Assembly: GCF_004010195.1 (NCBI RefSeq)
Contig: NC_057757.1
Location: 1,488,723-1,552,722 of the forward strand
DNA length: 64,000 nucleotides
Source of the DNA: Chiloscyllium plagiosum
Taxonomy: Eukaryota
Reading direction: 5' to 3'
How positions within the stretch are numbered: the first letter of the stretch is position 1; each line of letters opens with the position of its first letter. The notes under the pieces were generated by a model that saw nothing but the letters and a program-made list of their open reading frames with translations, was not told where the DNA came from and ran no database searches. This document shows, piece after piece, positions 12,866 to 25,953 of this stretch. A program made the position numbers and the translations under genes.

Positions 12866-13695
12866 AAATCACATGACACCAGGTTGCAATCCAACAGGTT
12901 TTTTTGAAATCACAAGCTTTTGTAGTGATGCTCCTTCATCAGGTGGTGAAGTGGAGGAAAACACACAATTACAGAATTTATATGCGGATATATGCCTGCA
13001 AGGTGATTCCAGGGAATTAAGAGTGTCAAAAGATAGTGCAAATGGTGTGAGTGGACTGTCAACAAGTAGCATAACAAGCCCTTGCAGAAGATCAAAAGTG
13101 CCAAATGGTGTGAGTGAAGTGTCAACAGCTGAATAACAAGTGAAGTGATGACCTGTGATCCAATTAAGGCAGAGATGTAATTACGAAAAATCAAAAGTAA
13201 GATTATGCTAGAGACACACTAAATAATTGGAATAACGTGATACGACCCTAGTCATGAGATCATAGGTCATTCCTTCACTTGCTGTTCAGCTGTTGACACT
13301 TCTCTCACACTGTTTGACACTTTTGATCACCTGCAAAGACTTATTATTCCGCCTTCCTAAAAACGGGCTTATGCCCAAAACGTCGATTCTCCTGCTGCTC
13401 AGATGCTGCCTGGCCTGCTGTGTTTTTCCAGCACCACACCTCAACTCTGGTCTCCAGCATCTGCAGTCCTCACTTTCTCCTTATTATTCAGCCTGTTAAC
13501 ACTCCTCACACCATTTGCACTACCTTTTCACACTCTTAATTCACTGAAATTATTTTGCAATTATCGCACCGGTCTATAAGTTCTGTGCCTGTGCGCTTCC
13601 CTCCACCTCACCTGACAAAGGAGCAGCGCTCCAAAAGCTTGTGATCTCAAATAAATCTGTCAGACTACATGTTGGTGTCATGTGATGGCTTACTT
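12866..13695. mobile_element. Fold-back Penelope-like insertion (family B), two ~300 bp inverted arms
   Basis: 12866-13160 is the inverted copy of 13258-13686. Each arm has a decayed hammerhead (cac-ctgatga-aggagc..gctcc-gaaa-gct.-gtg) at ~12915-12946 (-) and ~13610-13643 (+). Confidence 0.8.
13350..13479 (+). mobile_element. Penelope family A 3' end inserted into the family B arm
   Basis: TSD cttattattc at 13340-13349 and 13480-13489; decayed hammerhead gggcttatgcccaaaacgtcg. Confidence 0.85.
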
Positions 13696-13829
13696 TATCA
13701 ATTCCTTTGTTCATATTTACATTGTGAACTATCCATAGAAATGTCTCAGGCAGTAATAATGCCCACCTGTCTGCACTATCACTACAGCACATTGACTAGA
13801 AGAGTAATTACAGTGTGACAATTGCACAG

Positions 13830-14360
13830 AGGCAAAAGTGAGAACTGCTCATGCTGGAGATGAGAAATGAGAGTGCTGGAAGAGCACATCAGGTCAGGCA
13901 GCATCTGAGGAGCAGGAAAATCATCGTTTCGGACAAAAGCCCTTCATCAGGAATGAGGCTGGCAGTCGAGGGGGTGGAGAGATAAATGGGAGGGGGTGGG
14001 GCTAGGGGTGGTAGCTGAGAGTGTGATAGGTGGATAGAGGTGGGGGTAAAGGTGATAGGTCGGAGAGGAGGGTGGAGCGGATAGGTAGGAAGGAAGGTGG
14101 ACAGGTCATGAGGGTGGTGCTGAGCGGGAAGTTTGAAACTGGGATAAGGTGGGGGGAGGGAAAATGAGGAAACTGGTGAAATCCACATTGATGCCATAGG
14201 GTTGCAGGGTCCCAAGGCAGAAGATAAGGCCTTCTTCCTCCAGGTGTCGGCTGGTAAGGGAGTGGCGATGGAGGAGACCTAGGACTTGCATGTCCTCAGC
14301 GGATTAGGGGGGGGAGTTGAAGTGTTCGGCCATGGGGTGGTGGGGTTGGTTGGTGCGGGT
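13830..14360 (-). mobile_element. Penelope-like element 3' fragment (family A)
   Basis: MQVLGLLH...LIFCLGTLQPYGINVDF endonuclease C-terminus; hammerhead ctgatgaagggcttttgtccgaaacg at ~13925-13950. Confidence 0.85.
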
Positions 14361-14547
14361 AGTTGGAGATGGGAGATTTTAATCTACATGTAGAATGGTC
14401 GAACCAGCTCAATCAGGGTAGCCTTGAGGAGAGGTTCGTTGAATGTATCTGTGATAATTTTCTTGACAGTATGTAATGGAACCAATGAGGGAGCAAGCTA
14501 TCCTAGATCTGGTCCTATGTAATGAGACAGGACTAATTAATGACATC

Positions 14548-17500
14548 ATGTTGTGCCAACCTATGAAACCAATCTGAAGCTGATCTAACTTACACTATTC
14601 CATGATTATCTATTTGTTTATTCAATGACCACTTAAATGCCCTTAATGTTGTTGAGTCTACAACTATTGCAGGCAGGGCATTCCACACCCTTACTACTCT
14701 CTGAGTAAAGAACCTACCTCTGATATCTGTCCTATATCTATCATCCCTTAATTTAAAGCTATTACCCCTTGTTCTAGCCATCACCATCCAAGGAAAAAGG
14801 CTGTCACTGTCCACCATATCTAATCCATTGATCATCTTGTATGTCTCTATTAAGTCACCTCTTAACTTTCTTGTCTCTAACAAAAACAGCCTCAAGTCCA
14901 TCAGCCTTTCCTCATAAGACCTTCCCTCCATACCAGGCAACATCCTGGTAAATCTCTGCACCCTTTCCAATGCTTCTACATGCTTCCTATAAAGCGACAA
15001 CCAGAACTGTATGCAGTACTCCAAGTGCAGCCACACCAGAGTTTTGTACAGCTGCAACATGGCGTTATGGCTCTGAAACTCAATCCTTCTACCAATAAAA
15101 GCTAACACACCGTACGCTTTCTTAACAACCCTATCAACCTGGGTGGCAAGTTTCAGGCATCTATGTACATGGACACCAAGATCTCTCTGCTCAACCACAG
15201 CACCAAGAATCTTACCATTAGCCCAGTACTCTTTATTCCTGTTACTCCTTCCAAAGTGAATCACTTCACACTTTTCTGCAATAAACTTCATTTGCCACCT
15301 CTCAGCCCAGCTCTGCAGCTTATCTTTGTCCCTGTGTAAGTTGCAACATCCTTCAGCCCTATCCACAATTCCACTGACCTAAGTGTCCTCCTCAAATGTA
15401 GTAATCCATCCTTCTACATCCTCATCCAGGCCATTATACAAACGAAAAACAGCAGTGGCCCCAAAACAGATCCTTGTGGAACACCACTGGTAACTGAATT
15501 CCAGGATGAACATTTCCCATCAACCACCACCCTCTGTCTTCTTTCAGCTAGCCAATTTCTGATCCAAACTGCTAAATCACCCTCAATCTCAAGCCACCAT
15601 GTTTTCTGCAGTAGCCTACCATGGGGAACCTTATCAAACCTTATCAAACCTTATCAAATCCATATACACCACATCAACCCCTTTACCCTCATCCACTTAT
15701 TTGGTCACCATCTCAAAGAACTCAATACGCTTTATGAGGCATGACCTATCCTTCAAAAAACCTTGTTGACGCTCCCTAATCAAATTATACCTTTCTAGAT
15801 GTTTATACCGATCTCTTATAATCCTTTCCAAAACTTTGCCCATAACCGAAGTAAGGCTCAATGGTCTATATTTATCAGGGTTGTCTCTACTCCCCTTCTT
15901 GAACAAGGGGACAACATTTGCTACTTTATGGCACTTTTCCTGTAGACAATGACAACATAAAGATCAAAGCCAAAGGCTCTGCAGTGTCTTCCCTAGTTTC
16001 TCAGAGAATCCTAGGACAAGTCCCATTTGGCCTAGGGACTTATCTATTTTGACACTTTCCAGAATTGCTAACACCTCATCCTTATGAACCTCAATCCTAT
16101 CTATTCCAAAAGCCTGTATCTCAGTATTCTTCTCGACAACATTGTCTTTTTCCAGTGTGAATACTGACGAAAAATATTCATTGCGTGCCTCTCCTATCTC
16201 TTCGGACTCCACGCACAACTTCCCACTACTCTCCTTGACTGGCCCTAATCTTTCTCTAGTCATTCTTTTATTCCTGATATTCCTATAGAAAGCTTTAGGG
16301 TTTTCCTTGATCTGACCTGCCAAAAACTTCTCATGTCCTCTTCTGGCTCTTCTTAGCTCTCTCTTCAGGTCTTTCCTGGCTAACTGAGTCTTTACGCCTC
16401 ATCTTTACATAAGCCGCCTTCTTCCTCTTGACAAGAGATTCAATGTCTTTAGTAAACCTCAGTTCCCTCACTAGACCACTTCCTGCCTGACAGGTACATA
16501 CTTATCAAGGACGGATGGTAACTGTTCCTTGAACAAGCTCCACTTTTCAATTGTGCCTATCCCCTTCAGTTTCCTTCCTCATCCTATGCATCCTAAATCT
16601 TGCCTAATTGCATCATAATTGCCTTTCCTCCAGCTATAACTCTTGCCCTGTAGTATATACCTATCCCTTTCCATCGCTAAAGATACCTTAACCCAATAAC
16701 ACTATCACCAAAGTGCTCACCTATTTCCAAATTTAATTTCTGGCCTGGTTCATTACCCAGTACCAAATCCAATCTGGCCTCTCCTCTTGTTAGCCTATCT
16801 ACATACTGTGTCAGGAAACCCTCCTGCACACATTGGACAAAAACTGACCTATCTAAAGTACTTGAACTATAGCATTTCCAGTCAACATTAGGAAAGTTAA
16901 AGTCTGCCATAACAACTACTCTGTTACTTTCACTCCTATCCAGAGTCATTTTTGCAATCCCTTCTGCTACATCTCTGGAACTTTTCTTAGGCTTTTCGAA
17001 AACTCCCAACAGGGTGACCTCTCCTTTCCTGTTTCTAACCTTAGCCCATAATACTGTCCTTGACTAACCTCCCAATCTTTTATCTTCCCTGTTCTTACTA
17101 AAATATCTAAACCCCGGAATCTGCAACAACCATTCCTGACCCTGCTCTATCCATGCCTCCAAAGTGGTCACAAGATCGAAGTCCCAGGTAGCAATCCATG
17201 CTGCAAATTCACCCACCTTTTTCCAGGTGCTCCTGGCATTGAAGTAGACAACTTCAAACTACCTTCCTGTCTGCTGGTATACTCCTGTGACCTTGAAACC
17301 TTATTCATGACCTCACTACTCTCAACCTCCTGTACACTGGAGCTATTCTGTGTCAGACTACTCTCCTACGAACCTGACCTTGAGAATTTTTTAAAACACT
17401 GGTATACTCCTGTGACCTTGAAACCTTATTCATGACCTCACTACTCTCAACCTCCTGTACACTGGAGCTACAATTCAGGTTCCCATCCCCCTGCTGAATT

Positions 17501-17575
17501 AGTCTAAACTCTACCAGAGAGCATTAGCAAATTTCCCCCTCCAGGATATTGGTACCTCTCTGGTTCAGGTTCACC
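14548..17575 (-). mobile_element. CR1 LINE, near-complete ORF2, decayed
   Basis: APE motifs VVMADFNFPNVDW and LDLVLGNEP; RT motifs YRPLSLTS, FDKVPHGRL, SGVPQGSVLGP; C-terminus FFTQRVVRVWNALP. Confidence 0.92.
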
Positions 17576-18029
17576 TCAGTGTCATAACAATTGGAAGACT
17601 ATACTCAGTCTGAATTCTTGTTTGCCACACCACAACAGATTACTTAGATATATATTAAAAATGGCCTAAATTGCTGCCTCCTGCACTGAAGTACTTCTGT
17701 TATTCTGTGAGGGCACGCATTTCCTATTTTCAGCTTCACTTCCTGCTGTGATAGTAGGAACAGAATGTATCTTACGCTATTGTCTCCTCTGACAAAGGGT
17801 ATTTGACAGTCTGTAATACAGTTTTGAATGTATTAATGATCATGGAAGATTTTATACCTGACTTTCTGAGAAAAGAGGGAGCTGATAAATTTCACCCAAA
17901 TTTTCTTGACCTGAATAATACATGTTCTCAAAGAGTTATCAATAGAGGTCAGTTTGAGGTCATACATCAATGTGACACTTATGATTTAATTGATCTATCA
18001 TTTAGACTATTAATGGTTTAAACACACAC

Positions 18030-18118
18030 CTGCTCAGTTTTGAAGTTGAATTTGGAGTTTAGCTCCGGTTTCACATTTACAATCGAAAAGTCAGTCAATT
18101 TTCTTTCACCTGTTGAAT
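18030..18118 (-). CDS. MUC3/MUC17-like: Transmembrane mucin, cytoplasmic exon 2
   Basis: Acceptor cattaaacag| (an in-frame alternative cag lies 9 nt downstream), donor |gtgtgt; 89 nt, phase 1->0. Translates (N)STGERKLTDFSIVNVKPELNSKFNFKTEQ. Confidence 0.8.
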
Positions 18119-18869
18119 CTGTTTAATGAAGACATGAAAAGGTCATTATTATCAGGAAAGACTAGCCTTGTATGTATACAGCACTTATATGTCCTGAGTA
18201 TACCACAGTGCTTGAAAGTAATTTCAGTTTGCTGCAATATAGGAAACACTACTTGTTAATATATGCAAGATCCCACAACAGAAATAAGGTCTTTTATTGA
18301 GAGAGGAACATTAGATATCAAGATAAATAGGCAATTCTTTGTTGTCATGGGATCCTTTACACCAGCTGAACTGTTAGCTATGTCCTCACTGTTAAGTACC
18401 ACAAATCAAGAATGATATTGAGAGATCTATAACTGTGATGTAAGATAGAAATATGTGATCTGTTCATTGCTCTTTAAAATACTGTATGAAATAACTTCAC
18501 CAAACATGATGCTGTGTTTCACTTTTAGCATCGCACACTGGAACATCAATTTTAAGACCTCAGTTGAAACAGGCATAAGGCTAGCAACAAAATAGTTCTT
18601 TTAATTTTCAGCTGCTTAAATGCTATTTGTACTTTGCAGTCACCATTACTTTTAGGATGAATAAAATCACTAGCTTATTTGTAACCTATGGAAATAGCGT
18701 CAGTCATCTTTTGCCTCATTCAAAATAGATGAAACCTGAAGTAATTCTGGAACCAAATTAAAATAATAGTCAGCTCAAATTTGAAGTGGTCTTGACTATT
18801 CTGTTGCTAAAATATGTCTGACTAAAATGTCCAATTAAAATTAAAGGGTACAGTAAATATGAACCTTAC

Positions 18870-18979
18870 TGTCAAAGCTGGTATCTTCTCTGTTAGCTAC
18901 TGTGATTGTTGAAGGATTGCAATATTCAAAATCATCTTCTGCCCATTGTTGTGCTATAATTTTGATTTGTTCGTCCTCT
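18870..18979 (-). CDS. MUC3/MUC17-like: Transmembrane mucin, cytoplasmic exon 1
   Basis: Acceptor gtttttcaacag|, donor |gtaagg; 110 nt, phase 2->1. Translates (R)EDEQIKIIAQQWAEDDFEYCNPSTITVANREDTSFD(N). Confidence 0.85.
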
Positions 18980-19534
18980 CTGTTGAAAAACACAGTTGTG
19001 AGAGAATTACACTTCGAATAAAAAGGTAATTGAGGTACTTTGCATTAGTTTAGTTTACCAGATCAGTTGACACACTATACTTCCACTTCTTGAATCATTT
19101 TAGTAATTTGCTTCAAGAGGTGACAGAAATGGCCTGTGGGAGAAGTGGAAATGGCTGCACACCACAATCCAACTGAGAAGGCCGTGAGCAGCATTGGAAG
19201 TGTCATCACCTATGGGATCCTTGCCAAAATGACCTTGCAGCTGCAAGCCATCCCAGTTCCTCTGGCCCCTTAGACAAAGTTCTGCTTCATAGATGATGTA
19301 TTGTTCATTATGCCCCCTTATTGGTTTCTGTTTCTGTCTAGCTAAACCTGCAGTAAAAGATAACATTCAGTTGTGTAGACCTTGAGAAATGTAGGTCTGT
19401 GCAATGTATGTAGCAGGTGTACAAACTGACTGTTTACCCTACAACTGCCCCTAGGTTGAATAATTAATGGACAGTGGGCTTGTGATATATAGGTTGTATC
19501 ACCAAGAGGTAGTTTGTAGAGACATGGGATAGAA

Positions 19535-20020
19535 TTTTCTGTTGCCAATTTCTGCCATCTCCAGCAGGATGCCACTACCAAACACATATCTATCTCCCCC
19601 CCCCCCGGCAGCCTTCTGCAGTATGTTCCTGCCAGGACACCTTGGTCCACTCCTCCTCCACTCTCAACACCTCCTCAAACCCGCGTGGCACCTTACACTT
19701 CAAAAGGTGTAACACCAATCTGTTTACTTCCTCCGTCCTCCAAGGCCCCAAATACACCTTTCAGGTGAAGCAGTGATTTACCTCACTTCACTCAATCTAG
19801 TCTGCTCAACTGTTTTTCTCTCTATGGGCTCTACTTTCACCTATTATTTACTCTTTCTCCCTTCTCCTAACTCTTCTCTAACCTATATACTAACCTTTTC
19901 CTAGCTACAAACAGTTCTGAAGAAGGATTACTCAACCCGAAACATTAACTCTGTTATCTCTCCACAGATGATGCCAGAATTGCTGAGGTTCTACAGCAAT
20001 TTTTGATTTTGTTTTATAAA
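19535..20020 (+). mobile_element. Old Penelope-like fragment with family C hammerhead
   Basis: Decayed similarity to the Penelope C-terminal region; agtt-ctgaaga-agga..aaccc-gaaac-att-aact at ~19913-19950. Confidence 0.65.
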
Positions 20021-21519
20021 TTTCCGTACTTGTACCTGCTGTAACATTGTGACAGTTTTAGGTCAGGAACCTGTTTCATTCCTTGGTGAACTTTTCCGAT
20101 GCTGTTTCCCAGATCCGTGGAGTTAATAACCTGCCTCTGGGTTCCAACCATTCAAGATTGGTTTCAATGCCAGATTTCCATGTAAAAGGCTACAAAACTC
20201 ACTAGTGGTTTGGTTTTGGGGCTATAGCAACCGTAGGAATGGTAACGAGACCTGGGAAAACTCTCTGGGTTTTTCTCTCTTACCTGGAAGCCCTGTTGAG
20301 TTGTCAAGGACAGAAGAAAGAGAACAGTCTTTCTGAATAAGCAGCCAGAGCTGGAAGTGGCTGAGGAAGTCAATAATGGCCATGTGGTCCCTGAACTAAG
20401 ACAGTGCACACGGATGATCCAGGATCTCTGTAATGAATCACAGGCGAATGCCCAAACACACTGTGTTGTCCAGCCTCATGCTCTGATTTTCCCAGCATTC
20501 TCCTACTCAGCACTGTTCTGAAAATACAATATGTCGTTCCACGATACCTCTCTCTGCAGATATCTCACATTCCCATCTGAACAGTTCGTCTTCTTAGCCT
20601 ATTGTTCACTTACACTTATGACCAAAAGTTCCCCCTCTAAGAATGCTGTCTGTCCATCCATTGAACACACACACACATACACACACACTATTAGCTCTCT
20701 CTCCTCAGACACGACAGCAAATAACTTGGCAAGAGGCAGAAACTATGAAGGTGTTGTGAGAGCGTGGTGGAGAAGTGAGTGGGTTTGATGGGTCCCATTG
20801 GTGACAGACACCTCATTGACAACTGGAAGTGAATCGAGCTCATCCATTGGAGGCAGTGGGTATTGGCAAGAACTTTTTATGAGACTGACCCCCCTGCCAA
20901 GGCACTGGTGCTCAGACTTATCAGGGCAGCTGATCATATGGCTGCAGAACCTGTATTGGGAGTCTTGCCTCCTTCCAACAAGATTTCACTGTCCATTTCC
21001 ATTTCCCTTCCATCTGGAAGGGCATGCAGGTGAGGAGAATGAAACTAATGCTGTTCTATTGCTGGTGATATTTTTCGAATGGTGTTGGCTCCGCCCTTGT
21101 TCCTTAAGAGCAGGTACAAATTACCAGTCCTGTATGTTGCTGCCATGCCACAGTGAGGGCTGCTGGTAGGAAATGTAGCTGCAGATAAGTAAAGTGTGTT
21201 TCCAAGACATTTGACAATGACCTGTCAGAGTGTAATAGCACTTTTTGAGAGAAGTACTTAAGCTCCAAGTGAGCCAGGACTGGCCTTGAAACCCACACTG
21301 AAGAAAGCCAGGAGAGTATGATAAGTTGGAATGCCAGGGAATGTAACTGTCCACATGTTTGCAAACCCACCTCCCCTTGGTTGAGAACAATTCCACTCTC
21401 CATGTCTTTCTTCAAGCTTCCCTTACTGGTTTCTCAGGATGTATTTGAATAAATTTGTATGAAATGCAAAGACACAGAGCCAATGTCTTAATATTTTTGA
21501 TGGTTATATTTTACTGTAC

Positions 21520-21696
21520 CTTTCTCTGAAGTAATGCTTTCTGCTCCTTCGAAACCACACCATGTAGACTGCAAAGGCTATAAGGCCCAGAAGAAACAGG
21601 ATCAATGTCGCGGATAAACCACCAATCAAACCATTCTTGTGAATCGGGATGTTACAGAAATCCCCAAGGTACCAATAACTTCCAGTTAAATCACAG
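21520..21696 (-). CDS. MUC3/MUC17-like: Transmembrane mucin, EGF end plus transmembrane helix exon
   Basis: Acceptor ctcttttcccag|, donor |gtacag; 177 nt, phase 2->2. Translates (Y)CDLTGSYWYLGDFCNIPIHKNGLIGGLSATLILFLLGLIAFAVYMVWFRRSRKHYFRE(R): YWYxGxxC motif, hydrophobic helix, basic stop-transfer. Confidence 0.93.
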
Positions 21697-21898
21697 CTGG
21701 GAAAAGAGGAAGGAAAAAATTCACCATTGGCATTGCATCATTACTGTCTGCTGTTCCAGTAAACAACACATCAGGGTCCTGAGGACAGGAGATTCACACC
21801 CGGTATTACTAACCTCCAGCTGCAATATTTACAGATGGAGGAAATGTAAAAGTGAATGGGTGCCTGGCTAATGGCTTAAGTGCCTACTCTCAAACTGC

Positions 21899-22020
21899 AA
21901 CTGATAGGCTGCAGATGCTGGAAATCAGGGTCTAGATTAGAATGGTACTGGATAAGCACAGCAGGTCAGGCAGCATCTGAGAAGCAGGAAAATTGACGTT
22001 TCGGGCAAAAGCCCTTCATC
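21899..22020 (-). mobile_element. Short Penelope family A insertion (hammerhead plus tail)
   Basis: TSD actctcaaactgc at 21886-21898 and 22021-22033; minus strand reads gatgaagggcttttgcccgaaacgtc. Confidence 0.85.
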
Positions 22021-22429
22021 ACTCTCAAACTGCCTCCATGCGTGGTAAGGGTTGGTAAGGCAACAACAGCCTGCCTGCTTTCCCTTACACTTACTAAGGC
22101 CTTTAATGAGCCAATTGATGATCAATTAGTGGCTTGATTCCTCACCCAATGTTGTAAAAAATGCAGTTGTGGCCCTTGTGACACAGAGATAGTGCCCCTA
22201 CTCGTGGATCAGGAAGCCTGGGTCTAAGTCCCACCTGCTCCAGAAGTGTGTACTAACATTTCTGAACATGTTGATTAGAAAAATAGATTTTAAAAAACCG
22301 TGGCTGCTCTTGTTGACACCATCAAAAATGACTTGGTCAGTTTTCCCATGTAGCCTGATGACAAATCACTTTATCTTACCACCACTATTTGTCGAGCATT
22401 TTCATGTTAAACCCCAAGATGCATTATGG

Positions 22430-22740
22430 ACCACATAGCAGCAGCAGCATCAGTAAGACCACCTATTTCCTCATCTGTAACATTGCTTGACTCTGCCTTT
22501 GCCTAGTCTTATCTGCTGGAAACCTCATCCATTTCTTTACTGCCTCTAGATGAGAGTACTCTAATACACTCCTGGCCTGTGTTTCTAGCTCTGATCTTTG
22601 GCAAATTTGAAGCCATTTAAAATTCTATTATCTGTTTCCCAAATTATCATTCATAAATCATCCCAGTGTTGACTGATCTTCACTGGCTCCAAGTTTATTT
22701 TTTTATGACTCAGTTTTTTAAAGATTTCACACCATCACCT
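22430..22740 (+). mobile_element. Old L2-clade LINE fragment
   Basis: Decayed NIA.L...ETLIH.F..SR..YSN.LLA..PVL..LHWL pattern of the L2 ORF2 C-terminus. Confidence 0.6.
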
Positions 22741-23939
22741 CTTCGATTCCCCCACATCCATACTCCCCTCCCCATTCCCCATACCACCCATGCCAAATTA
22801 ATGTCACCTCATGCTGTCCATGCTTTTTCCCCATAACTCCTTGTTACGTCATGCTAATTGTGATGTTGTGTGGCTTTGAGAGAGATTTGCTTGACCTTGT
22901 TCTCTTGAAGAGGGGTGTTTTAAACCTGGTAGTGCTGAGGTGTATGCTCCATGGAAAGCAGAATAAATAGCTTTGGGTTTCTTTTAAATTAGACAAAAGA
23001 AATGTGAATAGGTGGAGTCAGGCTCACGCAGACACAGGGTTTTAGGTTTTGTTTCCAGTTGTTGAAGTTGGGGTTTTGGTGTTGAAGCTGTCTCTTTGCT
23101 GCTGCAAAAGGTTGAATGCTCTCTCTGCTGCTCAATTCATTCTGTTTATGTTCTTTCTCCTAAACTGGAGGAAATCGCATGTGAGATAAGTCTGTTTTGC
23201 TGAATTTGCTTTTGCCAAAGGTGTGTTTATAAGATGCTGCTGTATTGGAACAGTTGATGATTAGCAGTCAAATCATAATATTTTCTTCAGAATTTCTATA
23301 GAGTCAAAGTTATGCCAATTCTTTCTTTCCTTGTATTTTAACTGAAGTGGAAAAGTAAGGTGTAGCTTGCTTAAAGCCAAGTCGTTGAACCAATTGAATT
23401 ACATCTGGAACATAGCACCTTCCACTTGCTTCCAAAAATGAGAAAAGGTAGGGTTTACGCTAGCTTCTTGATATCTTTTAATGGGTTTCGTTTGGTTGAG
23501 AACAAATTAGGGGCTCTTGTCGCAATAAAAATCTTTATTTCCAGGTTGGGTTTAGAGTTGTCGGACTCAAAGACAAATGAGTGGTGGGCATTTGTGTTGT
23601 TTTTTCAGATATTGCATTCAGTTGTTTTAAATAGGGTGTGCCTTGTGTACTAATGGCTTATTCGGTGGCTAAGCATTCCTTGGCTGTTGAAGAAGTCCCT
23701 TGTAGAGGTTTACAGAAGGTGAGTAAGACAAAGCTTTTGGAATTGGTTGCCTTTGATGAAGGAGGAGATGATTGCAGTGATAGCTCAGCATTTACAATGT
23801 CTAGAAATGCAATCAGAATAATTGAAAATGGCCAAAATTCAATTGCACATAAAACAGTTTGAATATGAGAAGGAAATGAAACAGTTTGAGTTATGATTGA
23901 AAGCAGAAGAATTTGATAAAGAGAGAACTTTTGAACTTG

Positions 23940-25440
23940 TAGAGTCATATAGCATGGAAACAGATGCGTCGGTCCAACTCATCTGGGTCAACCAGATATC
24001 CTAATCAGACCTCGTTCCTTATGCCTATAACTCTCTGAACCTTCCTACTTATGTACTGTTCCAGATGTCTTTGAAACATTCCTCTGGCAGCTTGTTTCAT
24101 ACATGCACCATCCTATATATGAGAAACGTACCCCTCAAGTTCTCTTTAAATCTTTCCTCTCTCTCACCTTAAACCTATGCCCTTTAGTTTTGGGCACCTG
24201 CACCCTAGGAAAAAGACCTTGGCTATTCACTATCCATGCCCCTCATGATTTTATAAATCTTTATCATGTTAACCCTCAGCCTCTGACATTCCAGGGGAAA
24301 ATCTCTCCAGAATATTCAGCATCTCCCTATAACTCAAACCCTTCAATCCTGACAATATCCTTGTAAATTTTCTCTGCACCCTCTCAAGTTTAACAACATA
24401 ATTCTTATCGGAGGGTGACCCGAATTGAACGCAGTATTCTAAAAGTGGCCTAATTAATAGCCAGTATAGCTGCAAGATAACGTCTCAACTCCTAAACTCA
24501 GTATTCTGACCAATGAAGGCAAGCGTGCCGAAAACCACCTTCACCATGTTGTCTACCTGTGACTCCACTTTCAAGGAACTATGCATGCACTTGTAGCCCA
24601 GGTCTCTTTGTTTGCCAAAGCTCCCCATGATCCTACCATTAACTGTATTAGTCCTGCCTTGGTTTACCTTACTAAGATGCTGCACCTCACATTTATCTAA
24701 ATTAAACGTCATCTGCTGCTTCTTCAACCATTGGCCCATCTGATCAAGTTTCTGTTTGTACTCTGAGATAATCTTCTTCACTGTCCATGACAACACCTCT
24801 TTTGGTGTCTATGCAAACTTACTAACTATGCTTCCTATATTCACATCCAAATCATTTATATTAATGACAAAAAGCAGTAGAGTTAGCACCAATCCTCATG
24901 GAACATCATGGGTCTCATGCCTCCAATCTGAAAAGCAACTCTCTACCACCACCCTTTGTCTCCTATCTTCAAGCCAATTTTGTATCCAGTTGGCTAGCTC
25001 ACCCTGGATCCCAATGTGATCTAATTTTACTAACCAGTCTACCATATGGAACCTTGAAAGGCTTTGCTAAAGTCCATGTAGACAACGTCTACTGCTGTGC
25101 CATTTTCGATCTTCTTTGTCACCTCTTCAAAAAAATCAAGTTAGTGAGACAGGAATTCCCATGCACAAAGCCACGTTGACTATTCCTAATCAGTACTTGC
25201 CTTTTCAAATGCATGTAAATCCTGTCCCTCAGAATCTCCTTCAACATCGTAACCACCACTGATGTAAGGCTTACCGATCTATAGTTCCCTGGCCTTTCTT
25301 AAATAATGGCACTACATCAGCCAGCCTCCATTCTTGCAGCACCTCACTCATGGCTGACAATGATACAAATATCTCAGCAAGGAACCCAGCAATCTATTCC
25401 CTAGCTTCCTACAAAGTTATAGGAAATATCTGATCAGGAC
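23940..25440 (-). mobile_element. CR1 LINE inserted in Gmr1-like gag
   Basis: RT and C-terminal motifs (IRPLLEYCVQF, FNLDKCEV) and 3' UTR at the low end. Confidence 0.85.
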
Positions 25441-25780
25441 TCGGAAGTTAGAACTATAAAGTAAAATTTGACTTAAAATGGTGAAGGTAGAGGTGAAAGG
25501 TCAGAATAGTGATGAGAACAGGGATGAAAAGCAAACCCGTTGTAGCCAAAGACCTGTTGGGGAATCTGTTTAAATATATCCAAGTGTTGCTTCGGTTTAA
25601 TGAGAAAGATGTAGAAGTGTTTTCTTTAATTTGTGAAAGTGGTTAAACAAATGAAATGGCCACCAACCATGTAGGTATTGTTAATTCAAACAATGGGATG
25701 AGTGAAGTTCTTGCATCACTATCAGAAGAGGTGTCTAGGGAGTATGATGAGGTGAAAAAAGCTACTTAATTACATGTGAA

Positions 25781-25953
25781 AAATCACACAACACCAGGTT
25801 ATAGTCCAACAGGTTTAATTGGAAGCACACTAGCTTTCAGAGCAACGCTTCCAATTCGGAGTGTGCTTCCAATTAAACCTGTTGGACTATAACCTGGTGT
25901 TGTGTGATTTTTAACTTTATACTCCCCAGTCCAACACCGGCATCTCCAAATCA
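25781..25953. mobile_element. Fold-back Penelope family B mini-insertion
   Basis: Perfect ~50 bp inverted arms (aaatcacacaacaccaggttatagtccaacaggtttaattggaagcacac); TSD taattacatgtgaa at 25767-25780 and 25954-25967. Confidence 0.85.

Noticed and set aside
19100..19366. 88 aa minus-strand ORF after a ttttactgcag acceptor
   Set aside because: No family similarity, and the mucin exon chain is complete without it.
20100..21420. Moderately GC-rich intronic stretch, possibly an old DNA transposon remnant
   Set aside because: No TIR, TSD or protein motif could be established.
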